From Octopus bimaculoides (taxonomy: Eukaryota): DNA of 64,000 nt. Made by a program: the position numbers and the translations under genes. The notes beneath the pieces are model-generated. The model was not told where the DNA came from. It saw nothing but the letters and a program-made list of their open reading frames with translations, and searched no databases. The stretch is from contig NC_068982.1 in the NCBI RefSeq assembly GCF_001194135.2, forward strand, positions 41,100,859-41,164,858, given 5' to 3'. This document shows, piece by piece, positions 24,271-37,987 of this stretch. Numbering within the stretch: position 1 is the stretch's first letter; each line of letters begins with the position of its first letter.

Positions 24271-25756
24271 GGCTACTAGTGTGATGATGATGATAATAAT
24301 AATAATAATAATTCTCTGGCTAAGTAATTTAAAGTGAAACCTTAAATTGCTTGAGAAAAATTTCTTGTAGTAGAGCATAGCAACTAGTAACCAACTAATT
24401 ACATTACTGTCAGAAATATTTAAAAAGAAATTAATCCTTGATTATTTCTTTTGTTCTCAAAATATTTTCAACATTTGATGTTTTTAATGGCTAAAATATA
24501 AAGCAATTATTGCCACTGCTGTCTGACTATAACCAATTTAGCAATTTCTAAATCAATTTAATTAGAAAACATTTCCTTTTTAAACTAAATTAAATTCTGT
24601 TTTAAAGAGATTTTTCAGAATTTTATACTTTGATATTTTCAGTGAAGAATTTTTCTTAAGACTTAGATTTGATATTTGATAATCATAAAAAGAAGTAGTA
24701 ATAGAAATAACAACTGTTTGTGCTGAATTTTTGTGGGAGGTTTCCATTCATAATTGCCTTCTTTTCATTCAAAGTTTCTACTCAAGTTTGTTGGGAATAG
24801 GTAGTATTTAATGCTAAGCTTCCTAAGACGTTTGCCTCTGGTGCAAAGAAAACCATAATAATCCCAGTTGGCTAGTGAATATTTCCTTGTGTTTTCAGTT
24901 TATTTATACATTAACTAAATAACAATGTGCGCTTTTGATTCTCTCTTGAGAATGTAAGGGGTGTTATTGTTAGCATATTTGGAATGCTTGTTTGCTATAT
25001 AATCCACATGGGAGAGCAAGTATAAATGATTTTAGTATCATAAATATCAAGCCATTAAAAGAAAAATTGTTTCAAAGAAAACAGTGTTTAAAAAACTGAC
25101 CCATTTTCTTATAAATGAATGTTATTTACTGTCAGGCTGTTTTGACTCAAAAATTAGGATTAAAATTTTTTCATCTTTCATTTATGTTTGTTTCATTTGG
25201 GATGGTCCTTAACATTTCTAATAACTTCCATTTTATATATGTAAAGTTTGTTGTTGGTAAGTTGGCTGGGTCATTCCAACTGTCTTCACTTTGAGTTCAA
25301 ATCGTAGCATTGTCAAATTTGCCTTACATTTTTTTTTTCCTTTTTGTGCGTGAGGTCAAAAAATAAAGTACCCGTCCAGTATTGAGGTTGATTCTTTCTT
25401 ATCTCCCTCCCTTTCTCACTCTCCCAGGAAAAAATCAGTTGTTTTCAAACCTGGAGAGAGACTGGTTCCACTAAGTTTAAAATTCTCAAGGCAATGCTTT
25501 TTGTCTACTTAATACCCCTACAACTCCATAAGAAGTAAAATGGCCTAAGGAAGAAGAAAGTGATGTAACATATGTGTGAGTGTATCATCATTGCCATCAT
25601 TCTAATTAATATAACATCTATTGCAATCAGGAGCAGACAGGTTATCTTAATTAGATTCACACTAAAGACCAGTGACCCATATATATTAAGATTATAAATG
25701 TTCACTCCATAGATAAAGAAAAACAATGTTTGATATATATTGATATATATATTGAT

Positions 25757-25805
<49 letters not shown>

Positions 25806-26217
25806 TAAAGCTTACACATTCTTATAAGCATAAATAAAATAACAAAAAATATTTACAAGATGCAAAATATATTTTTGATTAAATTATGGCTCACATATCT
25901 GGGGCAGTACACCAATTATACAATGTACTGTGTGGACCACTGCCAATAACATATTTAACTACCTGATTGGCAAGCCTTTACTTAGCAACACACTCATACA
26001 CTATTAAAGCAGTTTCTGTCACCTTTTACTATGAAAGTGTTTTCTTCACTGAACTTGTACATTGTTTATTACCTACATTCGTTGGGATGTAGCAATTATA
26101 TCATAAGAGAGGGTATAACTGTGTTGATACTTTGACTGGAACAAACAACACTAACATAAAGATTAAATATAGTAGGAATGGGGGGACAGCACTGGTTGTT
26201 GTTTACTCCTAAGTTAA

Positions 26218-26434
26218 CCCTTTTAGCATCAACCCACCGTACCTGATTTTTTAATGATACAAACATCGTGTTTTAAAGTGATATAAAATTAAAATTTCCC
26301 ATCAGAATTTCATGTCAATATATGTTCTAAACATCAGTTTAATAATGAGTTATTTTACTATAGTCTTCATTATTTTCAAAATTAATTGAAATGAAGGTAG
26401 TGTATTCCAACAGAAATATGATTTAAAAAATGGG
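26218..26434. mobile_element. TTAA-type MITE family 2, inverted relative to the copy at 22010
   Basis: ttaa|cccttttagcatcaaccc ... tggg|ctaa. Confidence 0.65.
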
Positions 26435-26699
26435 CTAAAACTGGTTAACTCAATTGTCTTGATTTAAGTTGATGATTTCAAATCTGAAATAACATATTTA
26501 AAATTACCTTAGGTTTAAAGTTATAGACTACAACTTACAATATCTATTTTGACGATGAAAGCATGAATAAGGTAAGGAAACCCTTGATTCTGAATCATTG
26601 TAGATTGGACATCTAAATGTAAGATCAAGATAACATCTAAAGTTCAGAATTGAACAAATGAAATCATGGACACAGAAACCTAAAATGGTCCAATTCAAC

Positions 26700-27150
26700 A
26701 TCACCATCATCATCATTCAATGTCTGCTTTTCCATGTTTGCATGGATCAGGCAGAATTTGTTGAGACATTTTCTATAACTAGATGCCTTTCCTGTCACCA
26801 ACCTTCACCTTGTTTCCTAGCAAGGTAATATTTCCCCCCATTGCTAGACATGTTCATTTACAACCATCACATAGTGTCAGACAAGAACACACACACACAC
26901 ACGATCATCATCATCATTGTTTAATATCCACTTTCCATGCTGGCATGGGTTGGATGGTTTGACAGGAGCTGGCTGGGCAGAAGATGAGCTTCTTTCAGTT
27001 TCTATCTACTAAATCCACTCACAGACTCTTGGCCAGTCCAGGGCTATAGTAGAAGACACTTGCCCAAGGTGCTGCACTGTGGAACTGAACCCAAAACTGC
27101 ATGGTTAATTAGGAAGCTGGCTTCTCAACCACACAGCCATGCCTGTGCCT
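26700..27150 (-). mobile_element. Composite A-head/G-module SINE with a short RTE-tail fragment inserted at its microsatellite hinge
   Basis: G module at 26700-26900, then (CA)n, then an atcatcatc...gcatgggttgg fragment at about 26905-26985, then the A head from about 26985. Confidence 0.65.
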
Positions 27151-27444
27151 ATGATTTACTAGCAGCACACTGATGGTAAATTCTTGTTGTACTTTATGAC
27201 TACTTCTTTATGAAACTAATATAATATTTCTGATTACAACTCCAGACTAAATGAATAAAAATGTTTTCGGGCTTTTCCATTGCACTGTCATGGAAATCTT
27301 CTAGTTATCAACAGCTACCATCATTTATTTATCTTTCATACAGAATAGATAAAATAGGGAAAAAATACTTTATTTTTAGATTACCAACTATTTGGCTTGC
27401 TTAGTCATCGTCGTCATCATCATCATCATTGCTATTATTATTCA

Positions 27445-27648
27445 TGCTGCCAGAATCATTAGTGCGTCAGAGAAATTGCCTTGTAGTATTTCTTCCAGCT
27501 TTTTACATTCTGAGTTCAAATCCTGCCTGAGTCAACTTTGCCTTTCATCCCTCCAAGACCAATAAATTACCAGTCAAAAACTGGAGTTAGCAGTGAAGAC
27601 TAATGCTCTCTCCTCAAAATTGCTGACCTTGTGCTAAAATTAGCAAGA

Positions 27649-27680
<32 letters not shown>

Positions 27681-28127
27681 AGCAGCTAGCTGGCAGAATC
27701 ATTAGCATGCTGGGCAAAATGCTTAGCAGTATTTCATTCGTCTTTACATTCTGAGTTCAAATTCCGCTGAGATCGACTTTATCTTTCATCCTTTCCTGGT
27801 CAATAAATTAAGTACCAGTTGAATACTGGGGTTGATATAATTGACTATCCCTGTCCCCCAAATTTCAGGCCTTGTGCCTATATTAGAAAGTATTATTATT
27901 ATCATTATTATTAAGGTGGCAAGCTGGCAGAATTGTTAGCACTCTGGACAAAATGCTTAGTGGCATTTATTCTAGCATTATGTTCTGAGTTCAAATTCTG
28001 CTGATGTCAGCTTTGCATTTCATCCTTTCAGAATCAATAAAATAAGTATCAGTTGAGTACTGGGGTTGGTGTAATCGACTAGCTCCCCCCTCACCAAATT
28101 CCAGATCTTGTGCTTATAATTATTATT
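27445..28127 (+). mobile_element. Tandem array of three family-B1 SINEs joined by (ATT)n
   Basis: Copies at about 27445-27650, 27679-27890 and 27913-28118, each with gagttcaaat and ctttcatcc. (ATT)n lies between and after them. Confidence 0.85.
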
Positions 28128-29959
28128 AAATTTGCTTCTCAGCCATATGGTTTTTGAGTCTAATCCTACTGTGTAATGCCTTGAGCAAGTATCATGTGTA
28201 GCCCCAAGCTAACCAAAGCTTTGGATGTAGATTTGTTAAACAGACACTGAAAAGAAGCTCATCATGCATGTGCAGGCCAATGTATGCTTGAGTGTGTTTG
28301 TTTACATCTGGGCTTGTTTATTCAAAAATCTACGACATCAAGCATTGTTGTTGACACTTCTTTGCCAATAACTCGTCCATTGCTTCATACTTTCAAAGCC
28401 ATGTGGTTGAGACTAGAAATCCCTTACGTGAAAAACAGGTAAGGGTCTTCCAGCTGTAAAACAGTGTCCCATTAACATACCTGTGTAACCTGTGCTGGCA
28501 TAGAAAAATCATCACCACCATCATCATCATCTCCTATTTGCCTTTCTGTCCCTTTCTCTGTGTGACTATTGAAACTGTCCTTTTCTACTACTTCTCATTA
28601 ATTACTCTCTTGCTTCAGAAAGTTGCCTACTGAGTTTGAAAATAAATCTCTCTATATATCTTCTTTTTTTTTTTTTTTTTCTGAGTACCAATTCAACATG
28701 TTATTTGGTAATGGCATTCATTAATTTATAACTAGGCTACGTGACTAAATTACTCCCTGGAAAAACCAGATTCTCTTATATATTAAGCACAACATTTTCC
28801 AGTGTCTTCTCTTTTCTTTTCTTTTTCCTGATTTATACAGGCACAGGTGTGGCAGTGTGGTTAGGAAGTTTCCTTCCCAACCACATGGTTTCAAGTTCAG
28901 TCCCATTGCATGGCGTCTCAGGCTAGTGTCTCCTACTATAGCTCTGAACTGACCAGTGTCTTGCAAGTGAATTTGGCAAACAGAAACTGAAAGAAGCCTG
29001 TCATGTGTGTGCACATGTATGTGTGTTCTCTTTCTAATTAGAGTAAATTAGAGTAAACAAGTGAGGATTAGCAACAGGAAGGCATCCAGAGCTAAAAAGT
29101 CTATATCAATAAACTATATCCGACCCAAGCAAGCATGGAAAAGTGGGTGCTTATTCAATGATGATGATGTTATCCCCTTTGTAGTGTAAACTTCTATAAT
29201 AATACTCGTGTCTTTCTCTGTCACAACATATGAATCATAAAGAAAGGGGTGATAGATGAATAAGGAAGGAAGGGGTGGTGACAAACTCAGTAGTGCGATG
29301 ATGGAAGTTCTACGGTGAAGAAAAAAAAATCAAACAGCGTTTCAACTCTGTGTGAGTATATGTGTGTGTGTGTACAAGGGAAGTATTTTTGTATCCATGG
29401 TTATTATGTACCTTATTTATATATAAAATACTATAATTAACTGTCATTTTTGATGGCACAGTGGCCAGCTAGTTACTTTATAGTATTTGAGTGGCTGCTT
29501 TCTGAAGTTTCTCTTTTTTCTTCTGCTCATTTGGTTGTCAGCCTCCTATGAAACCCAATTTCCATTGATCTGAATATCATAACATCTAAGCATTGAGGCT
29601 AGTGAGCTGTTATTGTTTAACCTCAAGGTAGCCCTAATCAAACAGATCTATGATCTTCAGAATTCCAGCCATGACCATCCATATTTTTCCTTGGGTATTG
29701 AGTATCTGTATCAAAAATTCCATTGTTGGTATGTTTAGTGGCTTGTGTTCTGTGAGAGTGTAGATTGCTCGCTTTATCATGTTGGCGTGGGTTGTGAAAA
29801 ATCTGATACTCTGCTTCCTTTCAATCCCAATTTCATGACCTCCTACTGAGATTGAGTCATGTGGGCCTAACAAGCAATTTAGCTGGCAGATATAGATGTT
29901 AGCAGATTAACAAAAATGCTAATTACAATGTTGATGAATTCTTTTTATAACACATACAT

Positions 29960-30130
29960 GCATATAGATACAAACATATGTATGCATGTGTGTGTGTATT
30001 CATACATACATAAATACACATATATATATATTTATACAGACATATATATACATATATATCTTTAAATTGTTTCAGTTTCAAAGCTGTGGCCACACTGGGG
30101 CACCATATACATGTATGTTCATATACATGC

Positions 30131-30169
<39 letters not shown>

Positions 30170-30191
30170 TATACATGTATATATATATATT

Positions 30192-30225
<34 letters not shown>

Positions 30226-30270
30226 TATACATGCATATATATATATATATACACACACACGCACACATTC
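29960..30270. repeat. Compound (TA)n/(CA)n microsatellite with a thrice-repeated higher-order unit catg(c/t)a(ta)n(ca)n
   Basis: Seen directly at 30126-30268. Confidence 0.85.
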
Positions 30271-31901
30271 AAATTAATAAGATAGTTTCGTTGAGAAAGA
30301 AAAAAAAAACGACTATTTTGACTAGGTGTAAAAGTATAGCTAAAACTACAGAATATTTCCTGTATAACAGTTCTCTTAATATTAAAACATTGTGTATGTT
30401 TTATTTATTTGTTTATTCCTTATTTACATAAGATATTTTCAATAATAACTTGTAAACAGCTTTAGTGTTCAAAGCAACTAGTTCTGTTTTATTATCATAT
30501 CAGTATAAAGGCATAGAAACATTGCTGTGTTAGTTTGAAAACCACTATTGATAAATCTAATCTATTTTATTTATTCTCTGATTCAATCTTTTTTGATGGT
30601 GATAACCGTATTGGACTAACGGAAGTCTATAGTGTTGTATATTAGAATGGTTGTTTTGTCAGATATTCAGTATGGGAGGCTGGTCTAAAACAGTAAAATA
30701 AATACTAGCAGGAAAAGTCTTCTACAGAGTGTATACTGTAGGCTTTATACTTTTGAACAGGGTACCCGCTATGAAGCTTTTAATAGACTGTGTACATGTT
30801 TATCTGATAAACATAACTCCTGTTTTAAAACCCATATCTTCTAACAACGAAGTGATAGAATTGTGAAAGCTTCAGTAATTTGGGGTTTTTTTATATTTAA
30901 AAAAAAATTTTAATTTAATTTATTTATCTATTTATTTATTTTTAGTTCTAGTAGCTTTCAATTGAAATACATTGCAGGCATCATTGTGTGGTAAGAAGCT
31001 TACTTCCCAACCACATGGTTTCTCAAGTTCAGTCCCACTGCATGTTACCTTGGGTAAATAAATGTCTTGTACTATAGCTCCAGGCTGACCAGTGCCTTGT
31101 GAGTGGATATGGTAGATGGAAACTGAAAGAAGCCCATCATGTGTGTGTGTGTGTGTTTGCGTTCATCCCCTACCACTGCTTGACAACCAGTAAAAGGGAC
31201 CAGTAGAATAAATATCAGGCTTTAAAAAAAAGTAAGTAGTGGGGTTGATTTGTCCAACTAAATTCTTCGAGGTGGTGGCCCAGCATGGCTGCAGCCCAGT
31301 TACTAAAATAAGTAACAGATAAAGGATACATAATCTAAATTAACACCTGTCTCAAAAATCTTAATTACTAGCACTTTTTTTTCCCTAATTTCTATTAATA
31401 ATTGCTCCCCTGCAAAAAATTATTTCTCCACATGTCTTGCATATTGTTTATAATACTCTGAGGTGTATCTCTGTAATCTCCATTTTTAATATCAGCTTAT
31501 CTAAAATGCTTCCTGTTGCCTTATCTGCTAACACTAAGGTTTTAATATTAATTTAATCCCAAACTAAACCACTATGTGCTTCCAGAAAGCTCATTAATAC
31601 AAATAAAATATACATTTAATCCGAAATATATTTTTGATAGATTAATAAATCTTCCCTTTTCTTTCTCCTCCCCCCCTCCTCCATTAATATTATTCTGATA
31701 AATATTTTTTCTTTTTTTTTTTTAACAGTTCAATTTTCATTGGAGTCAGTTTTATATTTCCTTCCTAAGTTCTGGATTGATTTAGTCAACTATGCCTCCC
31801 CGTTTTATTATAAAATTGGCTTTCTACTTGTCGCAGTGAAATCAATATTCATTTACAGTATTTTCTGGCATGCAAGTCAAATTTACAGAAATGGTAATTT
31901 C

Positions 31902-32060
31902 ACAGGCATGGCTGTGTAGTAAGAAATTTGCTTCTCAGCCATATAGTTCTGGGTTCAGTACCGCTGCACAGCACCTTGGGCAAATGTCTTCAGCTATAGC
32001 CCCCAGACCAACCAAAGCCTTGTCAGTAGATTTGATAGACGGAAACTAAAAGAAGCCTGT

Positions 32061-32093
<33 letters not shown>

Positions 32094-32102
32094 ATGTATG
32101 TG

Positions 32103-32162
<60 letters not shown>

Positions 32163-32368
32163 CACATCTGTACAGGTGTTTGTGTTTGTCCACTACCACA
32201 ACCAGTATGTTTTGTTTACGTCCCCATAATTTAGCTGTTCAGCAAAAGAGACTGATAAAATAAGGCTCACTCTTCGAAAAAAAATAGATACTGTAGCTAA
32301 TTTGTTCAACTAAACGTCTCAAGCTGGTGCCCCAGCATGACCACAGTCCAGTGACTGCAACAAGTAGA
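31902..32368 (+). mobile_element. Family-A tRNA-derived SINE, full structure
   Basis: Head ggctgtgtagtaagaaatttgcttctcagcc...ggttcagtacc, body ccttgggcaaatgtcttc...ggaaactaaaagaagcc, an internal ~105-bp (TG)/(TATG)/(TA) tract, and a 3' module ending ccagcatgaccacagtccagtgactgcaacaagta. Further full or partial copies lie near 15644, 28135, 28835, 30975, 33510, 35494, 36228, 38690, 40725, 41205, 46995, 49005, 49735, 50270, 52432 and 54910. Confidence 0.8.
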
Positions 32369-34212
32369 CAGACAGGCACACACACATATACATATGCACA
32401 CATACATACACACACACACATACATACACACATACATACACACATACATACATACATACATGCATTACATACATACCTACCTACCTACATACATACCAAT
32501 GTGGTGACATTAATGCCAATCTAATTATTTATGAGTCCAATGCTACTGATTTTCTCAGCTGAACACTTTTTTAATGTGTTTTGCCCAATATAACCAAACC
32601 AACAAGTATTGGTGTAAACATTTCTTTTAGGCTTTATTCCACCAACTGACCTTGAAAATGAACATAAACCAGGTCTATAATAGTAGCAGAAATTTCACAC
32701 CTCATTAATATAATCTATTCATTAAGTAAAAGAAACACAATAGCCTGAAGATTAAAATTCTTGAAGACTTATAGTAAAACTAATCTGAATATATAACAAG
32801 CAGACTTTGATAGTTGTAAATGGCTGACACAAAGAAAAGCATATGAAAAAATACCTTGACGCATTTGTCTGTAATTGTGCTAAAGGTGAAATATAATGTG
32901 GCTGGGAATACCAGAACAAATAGTCATAGCTGACTAAAGGGCTAGTTATACACACAGCCTCTATAAATAGAGCTGAGATCCTAATGATGAGTGTTCACAA
33001 ACCCATCATCTGATATCCTTCAGTTCAAGTGCTGTAATAATATATTTAAGAAAATCATGGAACCAATGCCTTATAAATGGATATGGTAGGCACAAACTGA
33101 AAGAATCCCATCACATGTGTGCGTGTGTGTGTGCGTGTGTGTGTGTGTGTGTGTGTGCATGCATGTGCCTCCTTATCTTAATACAGCATGATAGCTGTGA
33201 GTATCACCATCATACAAGGGTGTCGTTTGTTTCCTCTCTGAAAACCTGTCTGGACATGGGGAAATATTACTTTCCTTGGAAACAAGTGAGGGTTGGCAGC
33301 AGGAAAGACATCCAGCTGTGGAAAATCTACCTCATTGAATTCAATCTAACCCATACGAGCATGAATAAAGATGGTGATGACAATAACAATGACTCTTTAT
33401 CAAATATAACTTGACTTTCATAATTCAGCTCTTTAACCAGTCTCAACTGATTCTTAGAATAAGAAATATGCTGAAATCATTCCTATGTTCAAATGTATAC
33501 TAACTTTAATCTCTACTTGTATCGGTCATCGGACTGCAGCCATGCTGGAGCACCAGCTTGAACAGTTTAGTTGAACAAATCAATCTCAGTACTTTTTTTT
33601 AAAGCCTGCTATCTATTCTATTGTTCTAATTTGCCAAACTAAATTATAGGGGACATAAAGAGACCAACACAGATGTCAAGCAGTAAATCAGAGGTACAAT
33701 AACAAAGACACACACACAACAGGCTTCCACATTTTCCCTCTCCCAAATTCACTCACATGGCATCAGTTGACCCAGGGCTATAAAGACACTTGTCCAAATT
33801 GCCACACAGTATGACTAAACCTGAAACCTCATGATTGCAAACCTAGCTTCTTAACCACACAGCTGTATATAGATAAATTATGAAATTCTTTTGAAACAGT
33901 GTTTGTAAAGGCTATCTCATTTGCAGACCACCCAACTACTACTACTAGATAGATGTCAAGAACTTGTCTGCATTGCCACTTTCCACAAAAATATTTCCCC
34001 CAAACTCACCCCTTCTTTAAAATATGAAAGTAGTTTGATAAAAATTGTATGCTGCAAAGTGGGTCACTTTTTTTAAAAAGATACTAAAGAATAATATACT
34101 AAATAAATATACAAGTTGTGTTAAGTGCTGCAATGTCTGTATATTTTATCTTTTACTTGCTTCAGTCATTGGACTGTAGCCATGTTGGGACACTGCCTTG
34201 AAGGGGTTAATC

Positions 34213-34706
34213 CAGGGGTCGCCAAACTTTTTCGATCATTGACCCCCTTTAGCCACTTCTCCTTCTGCATCGACCACCCTCCTCATTTACAATACCTTAA
34301 TGCCTTACCTTACCTACCATATCTTAAATGCGTACTGGGTTCTGATGATGGCAATTAAAATGTTGGCTAAAATATACATATATGACAAATTAAGAAATTC
34401 TATTGAAGATGACACTCATTTTACATTTAAAACTACATATACAAGTATACAGTATTAAACTTTCAATTTTTATGACATTATTTTCATGGGAAAACGTGGA
34501 AAATGCATCATATTGCTGGAATATCTTTTATTGAAATTGACAACATCAATGTGAGAGATGAGCATGGCGCTAAGTATTTCAAGCTGTTCATCTGGGTAGC
34601 TGGTCTTTTGCATGCCAACCCCCATTCGACCCCTTGGCTATCATCAACCCCCTGTAATTCCTTGCCGACCCCTAAAGGGTCCCTCAGACCCCATTTGGGG
34701 ACCCTT
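34213..34706. mobile_element. ~494-bp non-autonomous hAT-like element with an 8-bp TSD, nested in a family-A SINE
   Basis: Termini caggggtcgccaaa / tttgggacccttg. Flanks are ggttaatc (34205-34212) and gtttaatc (34707-34714), 7 of 8 identical. Removing the insert restores the host SINE sequence gccttgaaggg-gtttaatc-aaacaaatcaa. Confidence 0.8.
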
Positions 34707-36227
34707 GGTTTAATCAAACAAATCAATGTCAGTATTTATTTTTTTCTAAGTTTGCTACTTATTCTATTGGTCCCCTTTTTCTTTTTTTTTTGTTGCCTAG
34801 CCACTGTGTTACTGGAATATAAACAAACCAGCACTGGTTATCAAACAGTGGAAGGACAAGTACAAACACAGACACTCGCACTCGCATGCATGCACATATG
34901 ATGCACATTTCCACACAGTTTCTGTCTACCAAATTCACTCACAAGGCATTGTTTAGCCCAGAGTTTATAGGAGACACTTGCCCAAGGTGCCATGTAGCGA
35001 AACTGAACTTCAAAGCTCATTGTTGCAAAGTGAGCTTTTTAATCACACAGTTATATGCATGTTACTCAGTTAAATGGTTAGTCAAAGTGGGAGGCAAAAA
35101 GAGTTAGAGAAGAATATTCCCTGGAGGAATGGTGATAATAGTGAGAAATAGGAGGAAATGAAATTTTTTTTTTTGTTTTTGTAAATAATCATCAATCACT
35201 TAACTTAAGTACATTAGTGCATTTAATTGTTGTCTACTAAATGAAACCTTTTGTATTTGTTTATCCATGTATGTTTATACTACTGTAACTATGGGATGAT
35301 GCCAAAGACATAAAATTTACATTACTCATATGGCAGTTGGATGATAAAGTATGAGATGAAATCAGTCATTTTAGATATTCAATATTTGTTTGTCACACCA
35401 CTGTTACAGCACATCAACATCACAGGTTTTAAATAGCATAAACATAAAGAAACACTCAGATTTGTGTGTGTGTGTAGAGAGAGAGAGAGAGAAGCAGGCT
35501 TGGCTGTGTGGTAAGAAGTTTGCTTCCCAATTGTATGATTCCAGGTTCAGTCTCATTGCATGGCACCTTGAGCAAGTGTCTTCTACTATAACCTTTGGCA
35601 ACTAAAGCCTTATTGGATTTGTTAGACAGAAATTGGAAGAAGCCTCTGTATGTGTGTGTGTGTGTGTGTGTGTGTTTGTCTGTCTGTCTGTCTGTCCTCC
35701 ACCACCACTTGACAGCCATTGTTGGTGTGTTTATGTTCCCATAACTTTGGTGTTTGGTAAAAGGGACCAGTAGAATAAGTACCGGGATTAAAAAATTAGT
35801 ACTGGGATTNNNNNNNNNNNNNNNNNNNNNNNNNNNNNNNNNNNNNNNNNNNNNNNNNNNNNNNNNNNNNNNNNNNNNNNNNNNNNNNNNNNNNNNNNNN
35901 NNNNNNNNNNNNNNNNNNNNNNNNNNNNNNNNNNNNNNNNNNNNNNNNNNNNNNNNNNNNNNNNNNNNNNNNNNNNNNNNNNNNNNNNNNNNNNNNNNNN
36001 NNNNNNNNNNNNNNNNNNNTATATATACTCTTTGTTTCTGCCTCTCTTTCTCTCTCTCTCTCTTTCTCTCTCACACACACATACACATACCCCCACACAT
36101 GCACACGTTCAACAAGCTCTTCTATAGTTCTGTCATTGCCAGTATTAATCAATTCTGGGCTGTAGTTTGAGACACTTTCCCAAGTTGCTGTACTGATGTA
36201 GAGTGGGGACTGAACCCAAATCCACAT

Positions 36228-36410
36228 TCTTTTATTTGTTTCAGTCATTTGACTGCGGCCATGCTGGAGCACTGCCTTTAGTCAAGCGAGTCAACTCCAG
36301 GACTTATTCTTTGTAAGCCTAGTACTTATTCTATCAGTCACTTTTGCCAAACCACTAAGTTATGGGGACATGAACACACCAGCATCAGTTGTCAAGCAAT
36401 GTTGAGGGGA

Positions 36411-36459
<49 letters not shown>

Positions 36460-36626
36460 GACCAACTGGCTTCTTTCAGTTTCCATTTGCCAAATCCACT
36501 CACAAGGCTTTGATTGGCCCAAGGCTATAGTAGAAAACATTTGCCCAAGGTACCAAGCAGTGGGACTGAACCTAGAACCGTGTGGTTGGTAAGCAAGCTA
36601 CTTACCACACAGCCACTCCTGCACCT
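36228..36626 (-). mobile_element. Young family-A SINE, full structure with an internal (CA)n
   Basis: Runs from ttcagtcatttgactgcggccatgctggagcac to cttaccacacagccactcctgcacc. CpGs are retained. Confidence 0.85.
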
Positions 36627-37950
36627 ATGAGCTTTTTTAACCATACTGCCATACCTGCATCTACATATATATTGCTCAGTGGAACAGTTGCTACTCTTGG
36701 TTCACTGGGACTGTGGGTTCAAGCCTTGCCATATGAATTTTACTGTGATCTGAATATAAGGATATAATATAGTTTTACCAATATAGTTGTAGAGCATCAG
36801 AGTAATACTTAAAATAGATTATGTCTTCAGTTTCATTCCTTAGTTAAAGTTGTGTACCTTTTGGTGTAAAGTAAAAAAAAAAAGTAATAACACCTCTTGA
36901 AATAGAAAAAGTGACAAGCGTATAACAAAGATGTTCTATCCAAAGGCTGTACCTTCAGTACTACCTGTGTGAACTTTTGCACCATCTCAAGGATCAAATG
37001 TTTCAGAAAAATACAATTTGAAAGGAGTTTTTATATTTTTGCAGTTCTTTATAATCTTCTAATCATCTTAGAGGTTTCAAAATAACTGTGAAATCTCCAC
37101 AGGTATTGCCAGTGTTAAAAAAAAAGTTTGTGAAAAACAGCAAAATGTAGATCCCTTTGAACTAGAGTCAACTATCTCTAATTAAAACTAAACAGATGTG
37201 ATTAATTTGTACACAGAATTGTTGTTATCTGGGGATTTTTTTTTTTTTTTTGTGGTTCGAATTTCATTTTCTTTCTTTAATTTCTTCAATGTTTTTCTCA
37301 TTTCTAGCACAATGTATGTATGTATGCACGCTCACACACATACTTTGTTTTTGTATTTGGTTTGCGAGATTCTTGATATATATATATATATATATGTNNN
37401 NNNNNNNNNNNNNNNNNNNNNNNNNNNNNNNNNNNNNNNNNNNNNNNNNNNNNNNNNNNNNNNNNNNNNNNNNNNNNNNNNNNNNNNNNNNNNNNNNNNN
37501 NNNNNNNNNNNNNNNNNNNNNNNNNNNNNNNNNNNNNNNNNNNNNNNNNNNNNNNNNNNNNNNNNNNNNNNNNNNNNNNNNNNNNNNNNNNNNNNNNNNN
37601 NNNNNNNNNNNNNNNNNNNNNNNNNNNTATATACATATATATATATATATATATATAATACATCAAGTACAGGACATCACCAACAAGTGAAAAATATGTA
37701 AACATATATGCATATATATAGATACATATACATATATATGCATATATATATATATTCTGTTTTATTTTTGTTTTTCTAAATTTAAAACTTTTCTTTTAAC
37801 TCTATATTCAAGTTTATTTAATTTCTTCATAAACAGTAAATGTTATGAAATACAGTTATGGCTAAGAGCATCCACTTCTTAAGCATGCAACATTTTTTTA
37901 GTTTGTGTGCATGTATATACCACACACGCACATATATACAGATGCGCACA

Positions 37951-37987
<37 letters not shown>

